Below, piece by piece: positions 26,231 through 38,922 of a DNA stretch of 64,000 bases. The stretch is from Octopus vulgaris. Lineage: Eukaryota. A program made the position numbers and the translations under genes. The notes below the pieces were generated by a model. It searched no databases, was not told the origin of the DNA, and saw only the letters and a list, made by a program, of their open reading frames with translations. Numbering within the stretch: position 1 is the stretch's first letter; each line of letters begins with the position of its first letter. The stretch spans positions 17,546,001-17,610,000 of the forward strand of contig OX597821.1 of NCBI GenBank assembly GCA_951406725.2. Reading direction: 5' to 3'.

Positions 26231-28193
26231 GATAGTCACATGACTGAAAGATTTCAATTGATTCTTTCTTCTGTCTGTCTGTCTGTATGTATGTATGTAT
26301 GTATACTATCATCATCTTTATTTAATTCTTTAGCATTCACATAATTCTCTCCTAAGTAATTCTTATTCATTCACATTGTTTTGAATTGGTCATGCATTAT
26401 CTCATAGCTTTGAAATTTCAGTGATGTGATTGTGTGTTTTTAGAATGACATTGTAGGGTTGGTGTGAGAGGCTAGATCTGGCCCATTTGAACATAAAACA
26501 AGTAGAATATTTTTGCTGGATATGGCCAGATTAAATACTTAAAGTGTTAACAGCCATATTCCATACTATTGATTGGTTGATTTTACAGGATCCAACTAGT
26601 CCAAGGATTGTATCATACTCCAACCTCTGCTTTGGCAGTATGGTTTCTACAGCTGGATGCCCATCCTAATACCAACCATTTTACAAATGTACTGAGTGCA
26701 GTTTTTCATGGCACCTGCACCAGTGAGGTTGTCATACATCCTGTAAGACTGAGATTCCTTTTGATGTAGTAATACTTCAGTAGAAAGAGAACTGGCTTTA
26801 TTCTGTGACATGAAGGGGTTAAATTCTTAGAAAAGAAGGCAGGACAGAACAGGAGCGACATAGTTACTTACATTATAGAAGAGATAGAATGAGTGGCCAG
26901 GATGGAGCTGGAAAGGGATAAAAATAGTGGTGATGGGGTGCAGAACTGACCTTCAGGATATGTGGCCAATAAAAGTGAGTGGAGACAGGAGAATATGAAA
27001 TGTTGAGTGCATTGTAAGAGTGTCATTGTGTTTTTTAAATAGAAACTAACAGATATGATGTGAGAGATTTTACTGCTATTTCTAGCATGTTGAGTGCATG
27101 ATGACATATTGGCTGTTTTATCGTCTCACTAATGGATTTGTGAATTGTATTAATGGTTTATAAGAACATACGCATATACATTATTAGTTTTGAATTTTGG
27201 CTCAAGGCCAGCAATTTCAGGGGTTGGGGTAAGCCAGTTGCATCAACCCCAGTACTCAACTGGTACTTATTTTGTCGACCCCAAAAGGATGAAAGGCAAA
27301 GGCAAGCTTGGAAGAATTTGAACTCCAAACTTGAAGACAGATGAAATGCCGCTAAGCATTTCACCTGGATTGCTAATGATTCTGCTAGCTCACCACCTTA
27401 ATAACATACCATATATACATTATTAACATAAGTTTGTTTTGCAACTTGCTGATATACAATTTGTTACTGAATATTTTAATCTTTGTTTTTCTGTAATACA
27501 TTCTGTATGTCACATGGTTGTTTGGCAACGGATTGAGAATAGCAATGAAAGATTAATTTACTTTAATGATTTTCCTTTATCTCACAGCATGACTAAATTG
27601 ACTTAAAACAACTGAAAATGGTAGCATATCCTGATGAAAATCAAAACACTTTTCTTTCTTTTCTTCATGATAAGGTTCTCAAAGCATTTTTTCCTTTTAC
27701 TTTTGATATACACTAGCTTAAAAGCTGCACTCTTTTCAGAGGGCTAATTGGGTTTGTGACCCAAAACTAATTAGTGTGAAATGGCATGACTATAATACGT
27801 CTGCAATGACTATATGTCCCAGTGGTGTTTGATCAGAAGTTAAGGACAGATAAGAATTAATTCTGTAATGCAATCGTTCTATTGTTCCAATTAGAATTTC
27901 AACTGTTGGCCAATTTGTCCCAAAGTTCTTATCTTGATGTAAAATTAATGAAGTGAATGTCACTTGTCTCCCCCTTGATCTCTCATGTCATCTGACAAAT
28001 GCCAAACAAGATAGCATGAATCAGCCAAGCTTTACCTGCTAGAAATAGCAACCCAAATGCTTTTAAATCAAATCCCAATGCTGGGTGTTCAAGAACCAAA
28101 TGAAGATCAGATTTTCAATCCTGGGATCATCCTGGTTCCAGAATGGTATAATATGTGTATGTAGAGCAATATAGACTGAATTTCACTTTTATT

Positions 28194-28231
<38 letters not shown>

Positions 28232-28232
<1 letters not shown>

Positions 28233-28501
28233 TAGCAGTATCGCCCGGCGTTGCGGTTTGTTTAGACCCTTTAGAATTGGAATTTTTGAAAAGTAAAAAT
28301 TTGGCAGTATGTAGCTTGTTATTCTAATTAAGTGAAATACACCGAAAAATGGTGACACAGCAGTCAAAACATCATAAAAAATAGGGATTTCCATAGAAAA
28401 AAGGCACCTTTTTTATGTAAATAATTTTTGGTGTTAACATGGTCCAATTTGAACTTTTTCTTCTACGGAAGGAAGAGTTAGCCTTCTTCTATCATACTCT
28501 C
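28232..28501 (-). mobile_element. Helitron 3' fragment
   Basis: Homologous to 21962-22220 and truncated at a (TA)n tract. Confidence 0.75.
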
Positions 28502-28558
<57 letters not shown>

Positions 28559-29022
28559 CATATATATATATATGATGATACATATATATATTAATACGAA
28601 AAATCCCTCCAGGCTACATCCCGAAAATTCATTTCTTTGCTGAATTTCTACAATGTTTATGGCGATTCGTTTTTATATCTTGATTTTTTATTTTTCATGC
28701 AATTTATGCATGCTTGCACGCGTGGTGAACACTGTTCACGTCAAACAGCTGACTGACTAAAGTTCACTATTCGATGCATGGGATAAGGCCTAAACAAACA
28801 CATTATCGATTTTTGCACTTGCGAGATGAATTTCGGAACAGAAATAGCGCAGTTCAATTTTCATTTGCCTAAACTTTAAGTGACCCATTTTTGGTGGTTC
28901 TACGATTTGTTGACTAGGAGGAGATGTGCCAGGAAGTTAAAAACACACACACACACAGATGCACACACAGACATACAAGTTGTTTTATATATATAGATAT
29001 ATACACTCACACATGGTATATA

Positions 29023-29349
29023 CAAGGTGCATTCAAAAAGTATCCTACTTTATTTTTTCCTGCCAAAACTAATGTCATGTGGGCAAAATCCTTTGGGTGG
29101 GAGGTGACACCACCTTTTCTGCATGTGTATAGAAATTTTTGTGCTAGTAGGCTGCTTTAGTTCCCAGCTACTACACCATGAGTACAGACATGTAGTGTAC
29201 ATTCACTGGATTTTCATTTTAACCAAGATATTGCATCAAGTTTTGCATGCACAGGAAGAGTGGCATCGTCTCCCACACAAAAAATTTTGCTGACACAGCA
29301 TTAGTTTTGGCAGAAAAAATACAATTGGATACTTTTTGAATGCACCTTG
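29023..29349. mobile_element. mariner-type MITE
   Basis: TIR caaggtgcattcaaaaagtatcc / ggatactttttgaatgcaccttg. Confidence 0.75.
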
Positions 29350-29475
29350 TCCCTACGTTAATACCATTTTTTTTTTCGTCAGCTTTTTACAAACTGTACA
29401 CTTTTATTACCAACATCTTCTGGAATGTTCATTATGAACTTGTTTCTAAAATATCGTCTCTCATATTCTCCTCAG

Positions 29476-29560
29476 ATTTCTGGAAGAGCTCGAAGAAGGG
29501 GTGTACACCCAGCAGACATTGGAGAGTGTATTACTGAATGAAGATGGTAAACAGTTACTG
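29476..29560 (+). CDS. WASHC5: Strumpellin (WASH complex subunit 5) internal exon, 85 nt
   Basis: Acceptor tctcctcag and donor gtaagt. Encodes (R)[28 protein letters not shown], recognisable as strumpellin [29 protein letters not shown]. Ends in phase 0 and joins the next exon in frame. Confidence 0.93.
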
Positions 29561-29999
29561 GTAAGTACTATTATTCTTGTCTTCATGCCATCAACTAGTA
29601 TAAATAGAAGTGTCTTTCTATTTCCCTGTTTCTCTATCTCCCTACTATGGTTCTTACACTATGTCTGAATTGTACAGAAACAGTGACAGATCATTTAGCC
29701 AAGCTAAGATACATTTATTATTGCTTGTCTTTCTTAGGACACTAACAAGGCATTTGGTCAGCTAATTACTGAGCCGAAATGTATGTATGTTTATACTGTC
29801 TCTATGTATGTTTATACACGGATTGGTGTACAAGAGTGGGATTGTAACTCAGGAAAAATTACCCTAACAGAGCTCTCATGAGCCACATTTTGTATTCAGC
29901 AATTGAAAGGATAAATAGGACAACCCATACTACGAATCCCAACTGGTTTGGAGTGGTCATTCAACCATGTCAAAGGTCATCATCATAAAATAATAAATA

Positions 30000-30292
30000 A
30001 TATATTCTTTTATTATTTTACTTGTTTCAGTTGTTTGACTGCATCCATACTGGAGCACTAACTTTAGTCGAACAAATCAACCCCAGGACTTATTCTTTAT
30101 AAGCCTAGTACCTAATCTATCAGTGTCTTTTGCTGAACCACTAAGCTATGGAGATGTAAACGCAGCAACATCGGTTGCCAAGCAATGGTGGGGGGACAAA
30201 CACAGACACACACACACATAAATACATACATATATATATATATATATATGTACACAATGGGCTTCTTTCAGTTTCCATCTACCACATCCACA
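30000..30292 (-). mobile_element. SINE family A, 3' part
   Basis: Reverse complement of the family A body and tail. Confidence 0.75.
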
Positions 30293-30619
30293 ATTAAAAA
30301 TATAAAAATAAAATATGCTATAATGAATGACACATGAAAATGAACAGGAAAAACCAATTAAAATATGTCCTTTTCTCCTTCAGTCTAATCCTTTTTCCCC
30401 TTTCTCCATCACTCAGTGACATCATTCTCTCCATCATGCATTCGTAACCTTTTTCACCGGGGTGGAGTTTTCTAAATTGTGTGATGTCTGTTCTTTCTTT
30501 TTCTTTTTTCCTTGTGGGAAAATGGGGTGGGTGGGTCTGAGTGGTCTTGGGTGCGATGGAGTTGTTCTGGGGTACCACAAAAATCTTCTTCTTTTCCTGT
30601 TTCTTCTACCCTTCCAATT

Positions 30620-30980
30620 TTTGCCAGAACGAGGTGCATATTTGAGGTCAAAATTTCCATTTTTGAACGTGGCATACCAATCACAAGCAGTTCTTTCAGC
30701 TATGGCACCCTCTCCATACACAGCACAAATGTCGTGAGCAGCTTTTGCAGCCTTAGAACTTTGATTAAAAGTAAAAAGAAGGTGTCAAAAATGCTCATTT
30801 TTCCATTTTAATGATCTGAAAATAAACAAAAATTAACTAAAATTAACTAGTAAAAAAACAAAATAGATTCCAAAATGATTCAAAAATAGAATTCTCGAAC
30901 AAAATAGATTCCAAAATTTTAAAATGAAATAAGTTCCAAAATTAAAAAAAAAAACCCAGGATCTTAGTTGCCAACCCAAT
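30620..30980 (-). mobile_element. mariner 5' fragment
   Basis: TIR ttgggttggcaactaag. N-terminal HTH remnant YGEGAIAERTACDWYATFKNGNFDLKYAPRSG. Confidence 0.8.
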
Positions 30981-30981
30981 A

Positions 30982-31064
<83 letters not shown>

Positions 31065-31096
31065 TTATTTATATATATATATATACATTTTATATA

Positions 31097-34000
31097 TGTG
31101 GTGCGCGGAAACCCAACAGGTGGCCAGCTTCACCCAGATGTGAGAAGGGCGGCAGCTGAACAGCAATCTTTTTTGTGCATGGCACAAAAAATTATTCAGC
31201 AGCTGACCTGGCTACAAGCACAAAGCTGGAACTACCACCACATAAGGCCACCTCCAACAGATGCAGGATGGCCACCACAGACACCAACACCAACACACAC
31301 ACCACAAAAATATTTCTACTGAATGTAGGAGGGCTGCTGCACGGAAACTGTAAAAAGAAAATTTCATTCCTGAGAGACCTTGTGACATGCAATCAAGCTA
31401 TATGCATGGCACTCACTGAAACGCATCTTGAACCCGTTATAGGTGATGCAGAAATACACATGCCGCAATATGCAGTCATACGCACAGATAGAAAAGGGAG
31501 GAGCCATGGTGGAGTTGCAATGTACATCCGAGATGACCTCACGCCCCAGGTCCTGCTGTCATATTCAAACTCAGTATGTGAAACTCAAATTGTACACATA
31601 AGACAACTGAATATCGTCATATGCACTACATATCGCCCACCAGATGCCCCAAAACACTCAGGCATGTTTGAAGACTGCCTAACAAAAATAGGAGAAGTCC
31701 TCACCAACCTTGAACAGCACAACAGTGTATTCTTCATGGGTGACTTTAACCTCCCCAATGTGGAATGGCCTGGGGGGCAGATGCTCCCAGGGATGACACA
31801 CCATCAGCAGGCACAGGTGGAGTCCCTGCTCCATCTCACAAATGCCTCTTTCATGGAGCAAATAGTTCTGCAACCAACAAGGGCAGATAATATACTGGAT
31901 CTCTGCTTCACAAACAATATGGATATTATCCATAATGTTAATGTGATGCCGACAATGATCTCGGATCACAACATAATAGAGCTGTCTATGTATGGAACAA
32001 AAGCCCCCGCAGACACACAGCCTATACGAAGCACCCACCATCTCTCCAACTTAAACTTTCATAAAGCCAACTGGAAGTTGATTGAGAAAGAGATCCTCAA
32101 AAAGGATTGGCCTGAATGTCTCTCCACACCGGACATAAACATGAAACACAAACACTTCATGTCCATAATACAAGCCATATGTGACAAATATGTCCCAATG
32201 TGCAGGGCCAGCACACACAAGAACAAAAACAGGATCCCTAGAGAAAGGAGGATTCTTATGAGACGACGGACAAGGATTGCAAACCACCTGAGCAAGCACA
32301 CCAAAAGTGGTGAGAAGTCTCGGCTCGAAAGAATGCTAATGGAAACTGAGAAAAGTCTACATCAGTCCCATGAAAAGGAGAGAGCAGATAAAGAAGCTTG
32401 GGTAATAGAAAATATAAAATCAAACCCTAAAGCTTTCTTTAAGTTTGCCAAAGAGACAGCCACAGTGCACCAGAGAATAGGACCTCTCTTCCAAAAAGAT
32501 GGCTCTCTCACAGGAAATCCCACGAGGATAAGTGAAATACTGAACGAACAGTTCCAAAGTGTGTTCACTACACCTCTAGGACACAGGCAAGTAAACAACC
32601 CAGAAGAATTCTTTGCCACTTTACCTGCGGCCAAAGAGACAAAAATTGAGTACATCAACATCGAAGATGATGATATCACACTAGCCATTGATGAGATTGA
32701 CACAAACTCAGCTGCTGGACCTGATGGATTCCCAGCGATCCTTCTCAAATCGTGCAAACGAGCCCTTGCAAAACCGCTACAGCTTCTTTTTCAGAGCTTT
32801 CTTGCAAGTGGTAAGCTCCCAGTCAAATTGAAAGAGGGGGTAATATGCCCTATCCATAAGGGAGGTAGCAGAGCAGATGCTAAAAATTATAGGCCTATCT
32901 CTCTGACATCACACATCAGCAAAGTCATGGAACGAATAGTCCGTAAGAAACTAATCATGTTCCTTGAAGAAAATGACTTGCTGTCTGACACCCAGCATGG
33001 ATTTCGACCAGGTAGAGGCTGCCTAACACAGCTCCTGCAACACTATGACTGGGTGTTGAAACAGCTACTAAATAGCTCAAATGTGGATGTAATATATCTC
33101 GACTTTGCAAAAGCCTTTGATAAAGTCGACCATGGTATGATCTGTCACAAACTGCGTGGTCTCAGCATAGGCGGGAAACTAGGAGAGTGGCTGCACAACT
33201 TCCTAAAAGACAGAAAACAGGCAGTTGTGAGCAATGGAGCCACCTCCAAGGAAACGCAAATAACAAGCGGTGTCCCACAGGGCACTGTCTTGGGGCCACT
33301 GATGTTCATAGTGGCCCTTTCAGACATGCCTTCAGTTGCTACGATGACCACCCTTGCTAGCTATGCAGATGACACAAAAGTCTCCCACGCAATACAAAAC
33401 CCTGAAAATATTGCGCGTCTGCAACATGAGCTGGACACAATATACAGGTGGGCTGAGGACAACAACATGCAGTTTAATGCAGGTAAGTTCCAGACCCTGC
33501 GCTATTAGCACACAAAGGTAAATGACGTGAAGACTGGATACACTGGCCCAGGAAGAATTGCAATCCCTGAGTCAAAATCAGTGCGTGACCTGGGCATTGA
33601 CATGAGCAATGATGCATCTTTCCAAATGCATATTGCTAATCTGGTGATAAAATGCAGACGGCTAGCTGGATGGATTCTCCGAACTTTCAGAACAAGAGAG
33701 AAGGAGACACTGATGGTCCTATGGAAAACATTCGTCCTCAGCCGCTTGGACTACTGCTCCCAACTTTGGTCACCACACAATATAAAACAAACAGCAGAAC
33801 TCGAAACAATTCAGAGAAGCTACACAAAGAAAATCGTCTCAATGCAAAATATCAGCTACTGGGAAAGACTGAAGGTATTAAACCTCTTCTCCCTAGAGCG
33901 GAGGGGGGAGAGATATGCAGTGATATACATCTGGAAAATCCTGGAAGGTCTTGTCCCAAACTTTGGTATTCAAAGTTACTCCAACCGCAGAACGGGGCGC

Positions 34001-34333
34001 CGCTGCGTGGTGCCAAGGATTCCAACATCACCATCAAAATACAGGTCCAGATACTGCAACAGCTTGGGTTTCAGAGGACCACAGCTCTTTAACATCCTCC
34101 CTAAATGCCTGAGAGACTTACATGGTGTGGATGTGGGTTTCTTTAAAACTAAACTGGATCTCTTCTTGTTGGGAGTCCCAGATGAACCTACCTCACGACA
34201 GGAGACGCGGATGCGGGCAGCAGCATCGAACTCCCTTGTTGATCAAGTGCCACGTATCAGAGGTGGATTCACAAACTAGTGTAGCTCATGGCTGCGGCCT
34301 TCGGGCTAAAACATTTCTAAGGATTTAAGGATT
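31097..34333 (+). mobile_element. Non-LTR retrotransposon (CR1/L2-like group), 5'-truncated, inserted in (TA)n
   Basis: APE-RT ORF, short 3' UTR ending taaggatttaaggatt, and (TA)n on both sides. Confidence 0.9.
31175..34279 (+). pseudogene. LINE ORF2 (apurinic-like endonuclease plus reverse transcriptase) with one in-frame stop at 33506-33508
   Basis: Motifs LTETHL, YRPP, GDFNLP, SDH, NYRPISL, QHGFR, LDFAKAFD, GVPQGTVLGP and YADD. The 777-aa and 250-aa ORFs are in the same frame. Confidence 0.93.
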
Positions 34334-34458
34334 ATATATATATATATATATATATATGTATACACATCTTATATATATATAAAATATAAATATACATTGA
34401 TTACTAGCTTCTAAAGCTTTCTTTTTTTTATTCTCTCTCTGTTTATTTTCTCATGTTC

Positions 34459-34494
34459 CTTTCTGTTGAAGTGCGTAGGCTCGAAATGTAAAAG
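34459..34494 (+). ncRNA. Candidate minimal hammerhead ribozyme, same family as 18701, decayed
   Basis: CTTT-CTGTTGA-A-GTGC(gtag)GCTC-GAAA-TG-TA-AAAG. Confidence 0.4.
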
Positions 34495-34638
34495 ACTTTC
34501 TCACCTTCCTGAGCGTTACACTAATACACCTGTTTGTTGCTTACACACCTGTATTCATCTTTTGTTTTTTTGTAAATTCCAACTATGTATAACTATATAT
34601 ATACATTATATATATATATATATATACATATATATATA

Positions 34639-36225
34639 CATCATCATCATCGTTTAACATCCGCTTTCCATGCTAGCATGGGTTGGACGGTTCAACTGGG
34701 GTCTTGGAAGCCCGAAGGCTGCAACAGGTCAGTCAGATCTGGCAGTGTTTCTACAGCTGGATGCCCTTCCTAACGCCAACCACTCCGTGAGTGTAGTGGA
34801 TGCTTTTTATGTGCCACCGACGCAGGTGCCAGGCGAGGCTTGCGAACGGCTATGCTCGGATGGTGCTTTTTACCTGCCACAATCAGATGGTGTTTGTTAC
34901 ATGCCACCAGCACGGAGGCCATTTGATGCAGTGCTGGCTACGGCCATGTTCAGACGGTTCTCTTATGTGCCACCGGCACTGGTACCACAAACTTCAAATT
35001 CCATTGATGTTGATCGATTTCGATTTTGATTTGATTTTTGATTCTTTGATATTCACTTGCCTCAACAGGTCTTCACAAGTAGAGTTATGTGTCCCAAGAA
35101 GGAAGGTATGCACAGGTGGACTGACTACGTCCCAGGTAGGGCCACGGGTTATGGCCTCACTTGTCCTGCCGGGTCTTCTCACGCGCAGCATACTTCCAAA
35201 GGTCTCGGTCTCTGGTCATTTCCTCAGTGAGATCTAAATTTCGAAGGTCATGTATCACCACCTCATCCCAGGTTTTCCTGGGTCTACCTCTTCCACAGGT
35301 TCCCTCAACCGCTAGGGTGTGGCACTTTTTCACACAACTATCTTCATCCATTCTTACCACGTGTCCATACCAGCGTAGACATCTCTCTTGCACACCACAT
35401 CTGATGCTTCTTAGGTCCAACTTTTCTCTCAAGGAACTTACACTCTGTCGGGTATGAACACTGACATTACACATCCATTGGAGCATACTGGCTTCATTTC
35501 TTGCAAGCTTACGCATATCCTCAGCAGTCATGGCCCATCTTTCACTGCCATGTAGCATGGCTGTTCGTACACATGCGTCATACAGTCTGCCTTTTACTTT
35601 GAGTGAGAGGCCTTTTGTCACCAGCAGAGGTAAGAGGTCTCTGAACTTTGCCCAGGCTATTCTTACTCTAGCAGTTATACTTCCGGTACACCCGCCCCCA
35701 CTACTGACTTGATCACCTAGGTAATGGAAACTATCAACTATTTCTAGTTTTTATTCCTGGAATGTGGCGAAAGATGGTCTCTGCGCATTTTCAGTGTTTT
35801 TTGCACCAGAGCATCTGCCACATACAAAAACTATATTCCTAGTTAGCCTTCCTTTGACATTGCTGCACCTCTTATGTGTCCATAGCTTACACTTGGTGCA
35901 TCTTATAGAGTTCCTACCTACGCCTTTTCTACAAATCGTGCTGGGCCATCTACCTGAAGGCGTTTGTGATTTGTCTACCTTCCTACTTATTACGACTTTG
36001 GTTTTAGCTAGATTGACTCTAAGGCCCTTCGATTCTAAACCTTGCTTCCACACCTGAAACTTCTTCTCCAGTTCTGATAGTGACTCAGCAATTAGAGCAA
36101 GGTCATCAGCATAGAGGAGCTCCCAGGGGCATCCTGTCTTGAATTCCTCCGTTATTGCCTGGAGGACTATCATAAATAGGAGGGGGCTGAGGACTGAATC
36201 TTGGTGGACCCCAACCTCTACCCGG
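34639..36225 (-). mobile_element. 5'-truncated RTE-clade LINE
   Basis: Motifs GVHQDSVLSPLLF, ELLYADDLALIA, MLHGSERW, RWYGHVVRM and GRGRPRKTW. Long 3' UTR and (gat)n tail. Confidence 0.92.
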
Positions 36226-37061
36226 AGCATCAGTTGTGGTGTGCAAGAGAGACGATTGCGCTGGTATGGTCATGTGGCGAGAATGGATATAGATAGGTGT
36301 GTGAAAAAGTGCCAATCCCTAACAGTGGAGGGAACCCATGGAAGAGGTAGACCCAGCAAAACTTGGGACGAGGTGGTGAAGCACGACCTTCGAACTTTGG
36401 GTCTCACTGAGGAAATGACCAGCGACTGAGACCTTTGGAAATATGCTGTGCGTGAAAAGACCAGGCAGGACTAGTGAGTCCAGCCCACTTATGCATGCCT
36501 TTCCTCCCTTGGACACACAAAGACCTGTTGAGGCAAGCGAAGTCGATATCGAACCTAATCCGACGACAGGCACCTATGCCTACCCCCCCCTTTGCTTGCG
36601 AAGACCTGTTGGGGCAAGTGAAATCGGAATCGAAATTGAACCAATCCTATGACTGGCACCCGGCAGATGTCAGGACCCCTGGATTGGAGATATGTAAAAA
36701 GCACTATCCGAATCGTGGCCGGTGCCAGCACCGCCTCGACTGGCTTCCGTGTCGGTGGCACGTAAAAAGCACCATCCGAATCGTGGCCGAAGCCAGTGCC
36801 GCCTCGACTGGCTTCCGTGCAGGTGGCACATAAAATGCACCAATCCGACCGTGGCCTATGCCAGCCTCGCCTGGCACCAGTGCAGGTGGCACGTAAAAGG
36901 CACCCACTACACTCACGGAGTGGTTGGTGTTAGGAAGGGCATCCAGCTGTAGAAACATTGCCAGATAAGACCGGAGCCTGGTGCAGCCTTCTGGCTTCCC
37001 AGATCCCCGGTCGAACCATCCAACCCATGCTAGCATGGAGAACGGACATTAAACGATGATA
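36225..37061 (+). mobile_element. Second 5'-truncated RTE LINE, head-to-head with the first
   Basis: VQERRLRWYGHVARM..GRGRPSKTWDEVV, followed by the same type of 3' UTR ending aaacgatgat. Confidence 0.88.
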
Positions 37062-37209
37062 TATACTCTTTTACTCTTTTACTCTATATCTACAATATCT
37101 ATATATATATATCATTATATATGTATATGTACATTATATATATATGTATAAATATATATATATTATATATATATCTATAAAATAATATGTTACAATTACT
37201 CAATAGTCA

Positions 37210-37272
37210 AGATAAAACTTTGAGTTTCAGATGCCGAAGTGGAAATCCACAACACCATCTCTTCGGTTATCT
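37210..37272 (-). ncRNA. Candidate type I hammerhead ribozyme (U4C core)
   Basis: Minus strand reads AGATAA-CCGAAGA-GATG...CATC-T-GAAA-CTCAAAG-TT-TTATCT, between (TA)n tracts. Confidence 0.45.
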
Positions 37273-37329
37273 GGCCATCTGAAAAAAACGCTAGGTCTCT
37301 TTCTTTCTTTTGTTATCTTACCGTTTTTA

Positions 37330-37386
<57 letters not shown>

Positions 37387-37420
37387 ATGTATATATGTAT
37401 TTATACATTATATATATGTG

Positions 37421-37469
<49 letters not shown>

Positions 37470-37509
37470 ATGTATATATGTATTTATACATTATATATAT
37501 GTGTATGTA

Positions 37510-37554
<45 letters not shown>

Positions 37555-38464
37555 TATGGCAGGCTTCTTTATGTCTACCTTATCTATTGACAAAGCTTTG
37601 AATAGCTCAAGGCTTTAGTAGAAGATAGTTGCCCAAGGTGCCACTCAGTGGTTCTGACTCCAAAACCATGTGGTTGGGAAGCAAATATCTTAGCTATACT
37701 GCCACACCTATGGTTTGTCACTGCCATAAGAAAATTCATTGATCCATTCAGTAAAAAAACTAACTGCAAAATTATTATTTTTTTAAATTACGCAAATATA
37801 TATACAAATATCATGAGACTTTTTTCTCTTTCTGCTCTCATGTGAAATTTTTTCTCAATTGCAATTTATCGTGAGGCTTAGAATAAATTGAAAACAAAAA
37901 ACATAGAGAAAGAGCACTTTTTTTTTATAAAATAATTTAGATCTCATTACATTCAAGTGACAAAACAATGGCTTACAGCAATAGTGGAAAAACAATAACA
38001 ACAATAATAACAAAAATAATATTAATAACAATTATAGTAATGTAAACTTAGAAAAAAAAAATGAAAGAAAAAATAACAAAAGATGATTGGAATTTCTCCA
38101 AGACTTTCTGCAGTGAGACATTGAACAGAAAATAGCAACTTAACCAAGCTGTTTGTTGATGATTGATAGGTGAAAAGAAAATCTTACATACCAAATACTA
38201 CATACTCTTGGTGTATTGGCAGGAATTTGGATAAATTTTTTTTAGTATATCATCTTTGTTTTTGTTTTTTACTATATTTTTTTTCATTTAAAATTTTTTT
38301 TTTATTTTGTCATTATATATTATGAAACTATTATCTACTCTCTACTCTGTATTGCATCATGGGAAATTAAGCAAAACTAAAATAAAATAAAACGAGAACA
38401 GAAAAACATTAAAGGAATGAACGATACACAAGCGAAAATGATATGTATTATCGCCACTGACATC

Positions 38465-38495
<31 letters not shown>

Positions 38496-38922
38496 ATACC
38501 ACCATCATCAACGCTACCATTATCATTATCAACACCATCATCTCTGAGTTAACACCCATTTTGTACTTTGTGGTATCATTGTGATTCAGATATATATATA
38601 TATACACATTTTGTTTGTTTTTATTTGCCATTGATTGTCTTGGGGTGACCCAGAGAAATAAATCAATTCTTGGTTTCTTCTGGCTCCATAAAACATTTCA
38701 GTGGTGTCTTTCAACTTGCCTGTTTACATTGTGCTTCCTTTGCAGCAGTAAACATGATGCAACATTAGGCAGCATCCTAGTGAGAGCAAAGAGGCGGTGT
38801 TGGAAATACGATTAGCAGTTTTTATCTGTGTGCATCTGAATGATGGAGACCATAAAGTCAAAGAGAAAGAACCTCATGATTTCCTGTCAAGTTAGAATAT
38901 CAGTTTAAAATTGAATTAAAAA

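Noticed and set aside
28590-28925. Another hammerhead element (gtggtgaacactgttcacgtcaaacagctgac) with a short inverted end
   Set aside because: The architecture is suggestive, but the core and GAAA cannot be fitted without several assumed mutations.
1-29475. Upstream strumpellin exon (..DEEFREN..RFY..)
   Set aside because: Searched by eye and not found. It probably lies left of the window, and a spliced alignment is needed to be sure.
33506-33508. Programmed stop-codon readthrough in the LINE ORF
   Set aside because: A single C>T nonsense mutation is simpler and no supporting signal was seen.
37231-37618. YI-repeat ORFs (and many similar ones across the window)
   Set aside because: They are translations of (TA)n, (TG)n or (CT)n microsatellites.
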